A stretch of DNA of 64,000 bases from an uncultured Planctomycetota bacterium. GTDB lineage: Bacteria > Planctomycetota > Planctomycetia > Isosphaerales > Isosphaeraceae. Shown here one piece after another: positions 44,606 to 56,051 of the stretch (within the stretch, counting starts at the first letter, position 1; the number at the start of each line of letters is the position of its first letter). The notes under the pieces are model-generated. The model was not told the DNA's origin. It worked only from the letters and a program-made list of their open reading frames with translations, and ran no database searches. A program made the position numbers and the translations under genes. The stretch spans positions 2,016,001 to 2,080,000 of the forward strand of contig CAWGMQ010000010.1 in NCBI GenBank assembly GCA_963823665.1, in the 5' to 3' direction.

Positions 44606-47600
44606 TGAAAACGGTTGACTCCCAGCCGGCCAATCCATTTCCCGGCCTTCGCCCGTTTCGCAGCGACGAGCACCATCTGTTCTTCGGCCGCGAGGAACAG
44701 ACCGCGGCGCTCTTGCAACTGCTGCGAACGAACCGATTCCTGGCGGTCGTCGGCACCTCGGGCAGCGGAAAGTCGTCGCTGGTGCGGGCCGGCATGATCG
44801 CCGAGCTTCACGGCGGCACCATGACCCGGGCCGGCTCGACCTGGGAGGTGATGATTCTCCGCCCCGGCGGCAGCCCCGTCGAGAATCTCGCGCGGGCGTT
44901 CGTCGAGTCCGATCTCTACGATCGGGAAGATCCCAGCACCCTGCCCCGGTTGCTTGCCACGCTCAACCGCAGCCGCTTCGGCCTGGTCGAAGCGATGAAA
45001 CAGTGCGAGCTGTTCGAACCGGGAACCAACCTGCTGGTCGTGGTCGATCAGTTCGAGGAACTGTTCCGTTTCCGGCAGCAGGGCGTCGATTCCGAGGAGA
45101 CGGCCGCCGCCTTCGTGAACCTGCTGTTGACTGCTAGCGAGCAGGCGGAATGGCCGATCTACGTGACCATCACGATGCGTTCCGACTATCTGGGTGACTG
45201 TTCCGAGATTCCCGGCCTGGCCGAAGCCGTGAACGATGGCGAGTACCTGATTCCCCGGCTGCTGCGCGATCAGAAGCGGGATGCGATCGAGAAGCCGATT
45301 GGCGTCGGCGGGGCGAATATCTCGCGGATGCTCGTGCAGCGACTCTTGAACGACGTGGGCGACGATCCCGATCAACTGCCGGTGCTGCAGCACGCGCTCA
45401 TGCGGATGTGGGATGCCTGGTCGACCGGCGGCGACGACGATCGGCCGATCGACTTCGCCGACTTCGAGGCGACCGGCGGCCTGGGGGCGGCGCTCTCCAA
45501 CCACGCCGATGAGATCTACGACTCGCTCCCTCACGACCGCCATCGGTCTGCCTGCGAGAAGATCTTCAAGACCCTCACCGAGAAGGGTGACGACAACCGC
45601 GGGATTCGCCGGCCGACGCGGCTGGTGCAACTCCAGGCCATTGCGGATTCCGCCCGCGACACGGTCACGACCGTGCTGGACGCCTTTCGCGGCTCGGGCG
45701 TGACGTTCCTGATGCCCGGCGCGGAGGTCCGCCTGGATGACCGAACGGTGATCGACCTGTCGCATGAGAGCCTGATGCGCGGCTGGCAACGGCTGCGGAT
45801 GTGGGTGGAGGACGAGGCGCAATCGGCGCGGATCTTCCGGCGGTTGCTGGACACGGCCCGGCTCTGGAGCGATGGGAAAGCCGGACTGTTCCGCGATCCC
45901 GATCTGCAGATCGCGCTCTCCTGGCGCGAGCAGGAGGCGCCCAATACCGATTGGGCCGAGCAATACGGCGGGCATTTCGAGACGGCGATCGGTTTTCTGG
46001 AGACCAGCAACGCGGACGCGGAGGCCGAACAGCAAGCCAAGGAAGCGGCCCGGCAGCGAGAACTGGAACAGGCGCGGCAGTTGGCCGAGGCCCAGCAACT
46101 GCGGCTGGAGCAGCAGCAGCGGGCGGCGCGCCGGCTACGCGTCATGATCGCCGGGCTCGCCGCGGTCGCGCTCGTTGCGGGCGCCGCCTGCGTCGTTGCG
46201 CTCTTCGCGAACCAGCGGGCGATCACGCTGGCGGCCGCGGCGCGGCATAACGAGGAGAGAGCCAGACAAAACGAAGAGAAGGCCAACCAGAACGCGACGC
46301 GAGCGGAGCAATCTCAGCAAGAGACGGCCAGCGCCCTCGCCCTCGTCGCGTCACAGAAGGCACAAGTCGAGGGAAGTCTGACCAAGGCCGAGACGGCCGA
46401 GCGGCTGGCGCGAGCCGCCGAGGAGGAGGGCCGGAAGCTACTCTACACGACCGATATGCGACTCGCCCCGTTTGTGTGGCGCGATGATCGGAGCACGGCG
46501 AATCAACTCCGCGATCTCTTGTCGAAACACATCCCCACCAGCATCTCGACCGTCGCCAAGCCCGATCTGCGCGGCTTCGAGTGGAACTACTACCAGCATT
46601 TACTCGAACATAACGCGGCGATTTTCTCGGGGCACGGCGTCTCCGTTGCCGGCGCTGCTTTCAGCTCGGGTGGTCGACTGGTTACCCTGGATCAGGAAGG
46701 CCAGGTAAGGCGATGGGAGCTGGATTCGCAGGACGAAGACACGGCAAATCGCCGCGACTTGCCCGGCGGCGCCACTGCTGGACTTCGCGTCTTATCTCCG
46801 AGCGGACGGCTGGCCGCGCTGGCTTCAGGCGATAAGATTCACGTATTTGACACGTCCACGGGCAAAGATACGTTTCAGATCGCTTCCGGCAATGTTTTTT
46901 ATCGCCGCCTGATTTTCTCGCGGGATGAAAAGAAGCTGGTCATTGTTGACGACAAGATTCGCTGGTGCGATGCCTCAAGCGGCGAGGTGATCGCATCCGT
47001 CGTCAATCAGGGGCTCACACAAGTAGCAAGTCTTGCCTTGTCCGCCGATGGTCTAACGCTGGCCGCGGTCGGCTACGCGCCCGGGGTTAACCCAGGATTC
47101 TTGATCCTTCGCCTGGACCCTACCACGCGCACAGTGACTTCGCTTGCAAAGGACCTCAAAGAGGAAGGTGAAGCATTGAATGCCTCCGCGCTCAGCCCCG
47201 ATGGCGAGCGGATTGCTGTAGGCTGTCAACTCAACGGATCGTTATTCGTTTGCGACACGGCCACAGGCCGCTCGATTGCGAGATTTGGGTCCGCGCACGC
47301 GTCGCCTATCTCGGCGATTGCCTTCTCAGGCGACGGCACGAAGCTGGCCACGGCCGATGTGGAAGGGACAATCAAGATCTGGGCCGACGCTCAGAAGCTC
47401 ACTTCGAAGAGCACAGCGCTCTGGACGCTCAAGGGTCATCAAGGCACGATCACAAGTGTCAACTTTTCGAGCGATGGCAAACGACTTGCAAGTGGTAGCG
47501 CGGACAAAACGGCCAGAGTCTGGGACCTGGAAAATGCCGGCGCGGCCATCCGGTCATTGGAACATTCCCGTGGTGATTGCTGGGTGGCGCGCTTTTCGGC

Positions 47601-50600
47601 TGATGGCCAGTTGATTGCCGCCGCCGACGGCAACCGCGTTCGTCTGTGGGACGCCGCCACGGGGCGACTCGTGCGGGACCTGTCGGCCGGCGACACGAGC
47701 CGGGTCTTCAGCGTGGCATTCTCGCCCACCGACAGCAACCTGCTGGCCACGGGACATGGTGGACAAGCGAATCTATCGTATGTCTCTCTGTGGGACATCC
47801 ATACCGGAACGGAAATAGCTCGGTTGCCGGGAGCGACCGACCTGCCCGGCTTCAAGGTTGCCGAAGAAAACGGGCCGGTCGGCGCGCTGGCATTTTCGCC
47901 CGACGGGAAATATCTGGTCGCCGGTTTCGGCTCAAAGTGGCTTCTATCGGCGGATAGTTCTCCCACTCCGCTGAAGGTCTGGGAGGTCGCCACGCGCCGC
48001 CTGATCCGCCGCCTTAATGGACACACCGGCTTCTGCGTTTCTCTCGACTTCTCCAACGATGGAAAGCTGCTAGCCAGCGGCAGCCGAGACGGAACGGCGA
48101 TCATCTGGTCAGCCCGGACCTGGAAGAGCACGCTGACGCTGCTGGATCCAGATCAGCGCTTGTCATTCGGCCGAGCTGGGCGGGGCATGGTCGATGATGT
48201 GGCGTTTTCGCCGGACGGCAAGATTCTAGCCCTGGCCAGCCGTGGGGGGAACGTCCAGTTGTGGGACGTCGCCTCCGGAAAACTTCTGCAAGCGCTCAAG
48301 GGACATTCCAACGCCGTCCAAGCCGTGGCGTTTTCGCCGGACGGTCGCACGCTGGCGTCGGGCGGCAGCGATCAAACGGTCCGCCTGTGGAATGTTGCGA
48401 CGCGGCGCGAACTGATGCAATTGGGTCAGGGCGGCATCGAGCTGGGTAATGTGACAACACTCGCGTTTTCGCCCGACGGCGAGCGATTGTTGACGGGAGG
48501 GGAGCACAGCACGCCTGCCTTCTGGTCCGCCGCGCCGATCGTGTGGAACGATCCAGGCCGCGCCGCCCTGAAACTGCGACTTCTGCTGAATTCGAACGCC
48601 GACTTCCCGAGCCGCATCCGGATGCTGTCCGAAAACCTGAGGCTGCACGAAGCGCTGGCGAAGCTCGACGCGAAGGATCGGCGCGTGCAGGCCGCGCTCG
48701 CCGCCACGCAGGCCAACTGGCACGCCTCGCGTCATGAATGGGCTCTGGCCGTTCGTGCCTTTGATCGGCTGGCGGCCGCCGACCCGTCGTCCCCGCCCGA
48801 CGCCTGGCTCCGTACGCCCGGACTGCTTCGTCTGGCGACGGCCCTCGCGCATCAGAATCGGCCTGCCGTGGCGGCCAAGCTATTGCAGGGAGGCGCGAAA
48901 CGCCGTAGCCAGGATGGGCTACCCACCGCCGCTCTACAGGTGGGAGTCGGCATTGCGTATGAAGAGGAGGAGTTGCATTCCCTTCGGGCGGCCGTCAATG
49001 AACGGCTCGCCGAACAGCCGCGAAACGCCGGACTTCTCGAACTGCGCGCCGAACTTGCGGGCCAGTGGTCGGATGCCAGGGCCCAGTTGGCCGACTACAC
49101 CGCCGCCATCGATGCCCTTTCGCCGCTGAAAGCCGAGGCCACAGCGGCCGATCTCGAGCGGCTGTACGGCCGCCGCGGCAACGCCCACGTCGCTCTGGAG
49201 CAGTGGCAAAAGGCCGTCGACGATTACGCTCGGGCCGTGGTTGACGCGACAACCGATGAAACTCTGCTATCCAACCAGGCGCTGGCACTTTCCGAGACGC
49301 TCCTTTCCTCCAAGCGATGGACCGTGATGAAACCGACCGAGATGAAATCAGCGCTGGGAGCGACTCTGGCATTGCAGGAGGACGGCTCCGCCTCGGTAAG
49401 TGGGAAGCTCCTGACCAAAGAGACCTACACGCTGGAATTCGAGGGCATTCCCAGGAAGATTCGAGCCATTCGCCTCGAGGCGCTCCGCGATGACCGGCTT
49501 CCGAACAGTGGGCCGGGGACGCATTGGTCCGGGAATTTTATCCTCAGTCATCTCGCGGTGTTCAGACCGGACGAAAGAGGTCCGGCAGCAACAAAGGAGG
49601 TCCCGCTGCGAGCCGTGTTTGCCACGTTCGAGGAACGCCGTGCCGAAACGTCCGTATCGAAAAAGGACCAGGATGCGGGCTGGAGCGTATCCCCCGCAAC
49701 GGGTAAGTCGCACAGCGCCATTTTCGCGATCGATCCCTACCAGGATAGAGTCGGCGCCGATCGACTCCGGATTGTGCTGGATTTTCGCCACTCTGACTCG
49801 ACCCCCGCGCTCCTCGGGCGGTTTCGTTTTTCGGTCTCTTCGGATGATCCAAAGGTCATCGCCAGTGAAGCAAGCACGCAACTGCGAGCGACGAACCTCA
49901 CCGATCCCTGGACAAAACTGGCCGCGGCTTACCGGCTCGCTGGCGATCAGCAGGCGATCGACGATCTGGTCGCGCGACGACCTCAAGCAGCGGGCGGCGT
50001 CGGCGACCTTTTCGCCGCGGACAGCGCCTGGGCCCGCGCGGTGGAAATCTACAGCCGGGGCCGCACGGCGAAGACGAACGACGCCCTATTGCTCTCGAAG
50101 CGGGCTCGCGCCTATGAGGCGCTCAAGAACTGGGAGGCCGCGGCAGCCGACTGGTCGCGGGCCGCGAGCGGGAATCCGGACGGGCCGCGGCTGCTCGCCG
50201 AGTTCGCAAGTCGACTTGCGGCCGGCGGCCCGGTTCCCTTGGCGAACGGTCAGTTCGAAAGGTCGCGAGCACTTTTCGAGGAGTCACTGCAAGCGGACCC
50301 TGGGAATGACCCGGTCGCTACGGAGCTGGCTCAACTTCTCCTGGACAAGCTCAGGCCCACGAAGCCGGATTGGGTCGTTCTCAGACCAGCCGAAACGAAG
50401 ACCGAAAATGGGACGTCGCTGACGTTGCAGGATGATGGATCGATTCTTGTTGCGGAGACGCCACCAGAGGTCGTCCGCTGGCAACCCGGTCCCACGCCGG
50501 TTCAGGCGCTGCGCATCGAGACCAGCACCCGTGCGGTCACACCCACCAACGGCGCCCCGCTATTCAACGAGTACCAGATCGTCGCGGCGAGCATGGCGGC

Positions 50601-53600
50601 TTCCGGATCCGGTGCCATACGGGGCCGGTTCGTGCGACTCGACCTGCCCGGGGACAGCAGTCGGTTTCCCAGGCACCCGGCGGAGCCCGATAAGAAAGTG
50701 ATCAACCTGGCCGAGTTGCAGGTGTTTCAAGGCGGTCAGAATATCGCCCTGGGGAAAAAGGCTCGGCAGTCGTCCATCTGGAGTGGGAGCGAGAGTCGAT
50801 TCCGGCCGGGAGGCGCCGTGGATGGCAATACGGTCGGTGATGATGATGGCAATCCCTACGCTCATACCGCGGAAAACGATCCGTGGTGGGAAGTCGATCT
50901 TGGCAGCGAAGAGGCGATCGAACGGATGGTTGTCTGGAATCGATCCGATGCCATCTTGTACTCACGCATGAATCATTTTCGTATCCGGGTGCTGGATCGC
51001 TCGCGAAAAGTTGTCTTCGAACGGGTCATCGAAAGGGCGCCGAGCCCTTCGAGAGAGATCGTCCCCCCGAAGCTTCTAGCGGAAGCGAACGCCGCGCTCA
51101 CCGGGGGAAATCAGCCGTTGATCGTGCGTTTGCCATTGAACCCGCACGAGGACGCGCCATCCCGCTTCCGCGTTTCGGTGGCTGACCGCCTTGTTGACTT
51201 GAGCCGGGAGGAAGAACGCGAGGAACGAGCGCAGCCGGGGTGGGCGGTGCTCAAACCGGCGGAATCGAAAACCCAACGTGGATCGAAGCTGACATTAGAC
51301 GAGGATGGATCGATTCTTGTTGATAGGAAACCAGAGACGGTTCGCTGGCAGCCCGGTCCCAGGCCGGTTCAGGCCCTGCGCATCGAGACCAGCAGCCGTG
51401 CATTCGCCCCCACCACCGGCGCCCCGCTTTTCAACGAGTACCAGGTCGTCGCGGCGAGCACGGCTGCTTCCGGATCCGGGGCCATACGGGGCCAGTTCGT
51501 GCGACTCGACCTGCCCGGGGACAGCAGTCAGTTTCCACGGCTCGCGAGCGATCTCGACAAAAAAGCGATCAACCTGGCCGAGTTGCAGGTTTTTCAAGGC
51601 GATCAGAACATCTCGCTGCGCAAGAAGGCTCGGCTGTCCAGCGACCTTGGCAATGAGCAGGTGGCCGAACTCGCCGTGGATGGAAATACGGCCGGTGACC
51701 AACCCCACATTGCCCATTCGGGATTCGAGAGTGCGCCCTGGTGGGAAGTGGACCTCGGGAGCGAACAGTCGATCGATCGGATGGTTGTCTGGAATCGACC
51801 CGACTGGGGGCTCTACAAACGCATGAGCCATTTTCGGGTCCGAGTGCTGGATCACTCACGAAGACTGGTCTTCGAGCAGGTCGTCGAACAAGCTCCGGCC
51901 CCTTCGGCAGAGATCGTTCCTCGGGCGTTGCCGGCGGAAGCGCTTCCCGCGCCGACCGGAGAAAACCAGCCGTTGATCCTGCGGTTGCCATCCCAGCCGG
52001 ACAACGACGCTCCGGCCCGCTTTCGCGTTTCAGTCGCCGCTCGGCTCCCTGATGTGGACCTGGATGAAAACCGCGAGGAGGCCATGAAAATTAACGACGT
52101 CGCGACGCGTCTGGCGGTCGCTTACGCGATGAACGGTCGCAATGACGAGGCGTCGCAGTACTTTGGCCGGGCACTCCAGCAGGCCGACGGTTATGAGGCA
52201 AGGACGCCGATCGTCGAATTCGCATCGCGTTTTGACGACGTGCTTTCCGCCTTGATCAAACAACAGCCTGAGGTTTCGCAATTGCAGTTGGCTTGGGCAC
52301 GACGTCTTGCGGAGCGGGGCAAGCAGCGTCTGGCCGAGAAGCAAGCGGCGAAAGCACTGACTGAGTTGGACGAATCCCGCAAGATTTTCACGCGGCTGCG
52401 CGGAAATGCCTTGGAAGGTGCCCACCCCGGTCGAGATGAAGACCGAAAACGGGTCCAAGCTGGAATTGCAGGAAGATGGCTCCGTTTTCGTTCACCAGCC
52501 CGCGAAGCGAGACACCTACACGCTCGTCTTCCGGACCGAACTGAAGGGCATCAAGGGCCTGCGTCTGGAAGCCCTGGCCGATTCCCGCCTGCCAAACGGC
52601 GGACCGGGGTGCTGGAACGATGGGAACTTCGTGCTCAGCGAACTGTCGCTGCACGCGGCCTCCGCCAAGAGCCACGACCAGCCAAGGCCCATCGTCTTAC
52701 GAAACGCGTGGGCGGATTTTAGCCAAGAAGGTTTCAACGTGCGTGGAACAGTGGATGGCAAAGGGTTGGGTTGGGCCATCGCGCCGGCATTTGCCAAAGA
52801 TCACATGGCAGTCTTTCAAGTAGCCGAGGAACTTGGCGACGGCCAGACCCTTCGACTCACGGTCCGGCTTAACCACAAGTTTCACTACGAGAAACACTTG
52901 CTTGGCCGCTTCCGCTTGTCGTTTACCAACGATGCGAATGCGACAACGTTGCAAGCGGCGCGAATTCGGCCGGATCTGAAAGACAGCGAGGTGGCGGACC
53001 TCTGCGTCGCCCTTGGAAAGGCCCATGCCCAGCTAGGTGGTAGCAGCGAGGCTGCTGCTTCCTTCGCCGAGGCTATTTCTCTGGCTGCCGACCGCGCCGG
53101 CAGAGCCAGGATCATTGAGGAGGCCGTGCCGCTCGAAGGTGTACTGGCCAAACTTGCGGACGGTGCGGCGGGCGATGGACGGTTCCAGGCCGAGCTGGCC
53201 CGACATTTCGCCGAACACGGCGATGCGCCAAGGGCGGACGCTTCGCGCACCAGAGCCCGCGCGGCGCTTGAAGAAAGCCTTGCCAAGGAGCCTGAGAGTT
53301 CCGCGGTGGTCGCGGAACTGAGCGACGTCCTGTTGCTGAACACCGCCGCCTGGACCGTTCTGAAACCGACTGCGCTGAAATCGGAAGGCGGGGCCGCCCT
53401 GACGCTCCAGCCGGATGGTTCTGTTCTGGCGAGCGGCGTCAACCCGGCCAAGGACGTATACGTCGTCAAGGCGGAGTTTCAGGGACCGATCGGGGCAATC
53501 CGACTCGAAGCTATCCCCGACTCAAGCATGCCAGGAGCCGGCTCTGGGCGGTATGGGAACGGGAACTTCATGCTCACCGATTTCCGGGTCCTGGCAGGGG

Positions 53601-55822
53601 AAAACGTGGTCACCTGGAGGCAAGCATCCGCCGATTTCAGCCAGGAGAATTCCTCGGGGAACTTTCGAATTGACTTGGCCATTGACGCGGACAAATCGAC
53701 CGGCTGGGCGATCTTTCCTGAGGTCGCCGAGCGCCACCGCGCGGTGTTCATCCCCAGCCGGCCGATCACCGCGGCCAGCGAGACCCATCTCACCATACGG
53801 CTGGCGTTTCAGAGCAAGCACTCGCATCATGCGCTGGGCCGGTTCCGGCTCTCGGTCAGTGAAGACGCGGCCGCTTTTGAAAGGGAAAGGAAACGCTTCG
53901 CCCTCGTGAACGTTGTCGACCCCTGGGCAAGACTGGCCGCCGCGTACGCGGTGAACGATCGCGACGATCTCGCGTCGCGATACTTTAGCAGAGCACTCGA
54001 GCGCGCCCACGCCTACGAGGCGAGGAAGCCGATCGTCGAGGCCGCTGCGCGTTTCGACGAGGTCCTCTCCGCCCTGATCGAACGGCAGCCCGAAGATCCG
54101 CAATTGCAGTTGGCACTGGCTCGGAAACTCGCGGAGCGGGGCAAGCAGCGTTTGGCGGAGAAGCAGCCCGCGCAGGCACAAGCCGCGTTGAAGAAGGCGC
54201 GGGAGATCCTCACACGGCTCCGCGTGGAGCCGCAGTGGACCGTGCTGACCCCGGTCGAGATGAAAACCGATAACGGCTCCAAGCTGGAATTGCAGGAAGA
54301 TGGTTCCGTCTTCGTTCACCAACCCGCCAATAACGACACCTACTCGCTCGTGTTCCAGACCGAGTTGAAGGGGATCAAGGGCCTGCGCCTGGATGCGCTG
54401 GCCGATCCCCGCCTGCCAGGCGGCGGACCGGGGTGGGCGCCCGATGGAGGCTTCGTGCTTAACGAACTATCACTGGCTGCGGCCCCTGCAAACAGCCCCG
54501 AGCAGCCGAGGCCCTTGGCCATACGAAACGCGTCGGCGGATTTTAACCAAGCGGGTTACAACGTCGGTAAAGCAGTGGACGGCGTCAGCGAGCCTTTCGG
54601 GGGTTGGGCTATCGCCCCCCAAGCCAACAAAGATCACGCAGCGGTCTTCGAGACGGCCGAGGAAATCGGTAACGGCAAGGCCACTCGGTTTACGGTCCGG
54701 CTCGACCACCTGTTTCACATGGAGAAACGCTTACTCGGCCGCTTCCGATTGTCCTTCACCAACGACGCGGCCACGTTGCAAGCCACGCGTATTCGATGGG
54801 ATCTGAAAGACAGCGAACTCCTGGACCTGAACGTCGCGCTGGCAGAGGCTTGTGCCCAACAAGGTCAAACCGATGTCGCCGTCGCCTCCTTCGCTGAGGC
54901 GCTCGCTCTGGCCAAGGACCGCGCCGGCAAAGCGAAGGTCATTGGGGAGGCCGCCCCGCTGGCAGGCGTGCTCGAAAAGCTGGCCGAGCGCGCAGCGGGC
55001 GACGCGCGGTTCCAGGCCGAGCTGGCCCGACATTTTGCGGAACGAGGCAATGCCCAGGCCGCGGACGCGGCACGCGCGCGAGCGTGCATATTGTTCGCCG
55101 AGAAGCTGGCGCAGGAGCCGGAGAACTCCGCGCTCGCCGCGGACCTCCTCTCGGCGTACCAGTCGGCCGGCCGCACGCGTGAGGCGGTCCTATTTCTGGC
55201 GAAGGCGTCCGCCGCCGATCCGAAGGACACAATGCTCTCCTTGAAGGTCGCCGCTCTCCAGGCGTGGTTCGGGCAGGAGAAGGAACTTGCCGCCACCCGG
55301 CAGCGAATCCTGGCGTCAGCCAAGGGCACCGCCGAATCGATCACGGCGGAACGCGCGGCCATGGCGTGCAGCATCCTTCCCTCCACCGACAAGGCAGAGA
55401 TCGAAGCGGCGCTGGCGCTCGGTCGCTCGGCGGTGAAGCTGGGTAACGGCGTGGAGTGGTGGAACCTGCTGGCCCTCGGCATGTCGGAGTGCCGTGGCGG
55501 CAACCACGCTGCCGCCGAGAAGGCCCTGCTCGCCGCGGTGGAATCCGTCAAGAACAGTCCGCTCGACGCCCCCGGCGTGACGGGCGCGTCATCCTTCTTC
55601 CGCGCGATGAGCCTGTTCCTACTCGGCAAGAAGTATGAAGCTCGCAAGCTCGCGATTGCGGCCGCGGCGAAGATGAAGCCCCTGCCGGCCGACGAGCGGA
55701 ACCCTCTGGCCGGCGATGAAACCGAGAACGACCTGATCGTGTGGCTGGCTTACAAGGAAGCGAAGGCCATGATCAGGTTCGACCCACTCCCAGCGGCCGC
55801 GGATCAACCCAAAGCGAAATGA
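44605..55822 (+). CDS. Giant nSTAND1 NTPase-TM-WD40-TPR-lectin protein (~3,739 aa; 2-nt deletion near 52401)
   Basis: NPFPGLRPF, Walker A GTSGSGKSS, Walker B VVVDQFEELF, LPVLQHAL and LSHESL; TM 46141-46210; WD40 repeats; TPR-like helices; discoidin/F-lectin domains. ATG overlaps the upstream stop (TGATG). Confidence 0.9.
50371..52050 (+). repeat. Tandem ~870-bp intragenic duplication (lectin module x2)
   Basis: 50371-51190 and 51241-52050 are similar in both DNA and protein. Confidence 0.85.
52105..55150 (+). repeat. ~1.2-kb intragenic duplication (helical block plus beta-sandwich module)
   Basis: 52105-53320 and 53930-55150 share long near-identical stretches, e.g. AERGKQRLAEKQ and NGSKLELQEDGSVFVHQPA. 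Confidence 0.85.
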
Positions 55823-56051
55823 TCGCGTCACCAGGATCCGATCCGCTCCCGAGTCTCGCCGTCATCTCGCAGCAAAAACGCGGCCGTACGCTCAGTGCAG
55901 CGAGCGCTTGGCGCGCGATTTGCTTGCGGAATTGCAAGTCCGTGGCGCGGTCGGTCGTTGAGAACGGGCCGAACGGTGAAATCGCTGGGAAAACAATAGC
56001 ATCAAGGCTTTGATCAGCGCGTCTTGGGGAGAATCCGGCTGTGGGACGCCG

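Noticed and set aside
42164..46098. 574-aa and 538-aa minus-strand ORFs
   Set aside because: Antisense shadows of the kinase and STAND genes, expected in high-GC DNA.
52395..52410. Programmed frameshift in the giant gene
   Set aside because: No slippery sequence; the paralogous repeat shows a simple 2-nt loss, in a window full of indels.
42194..55822. Assigning the locus to a named system (Avs, Thoeris)
   Set aside because: The TM, lectin modules, separate kinase-TIR partner and absent ThsA do not fit the described types; defence function is unproven.
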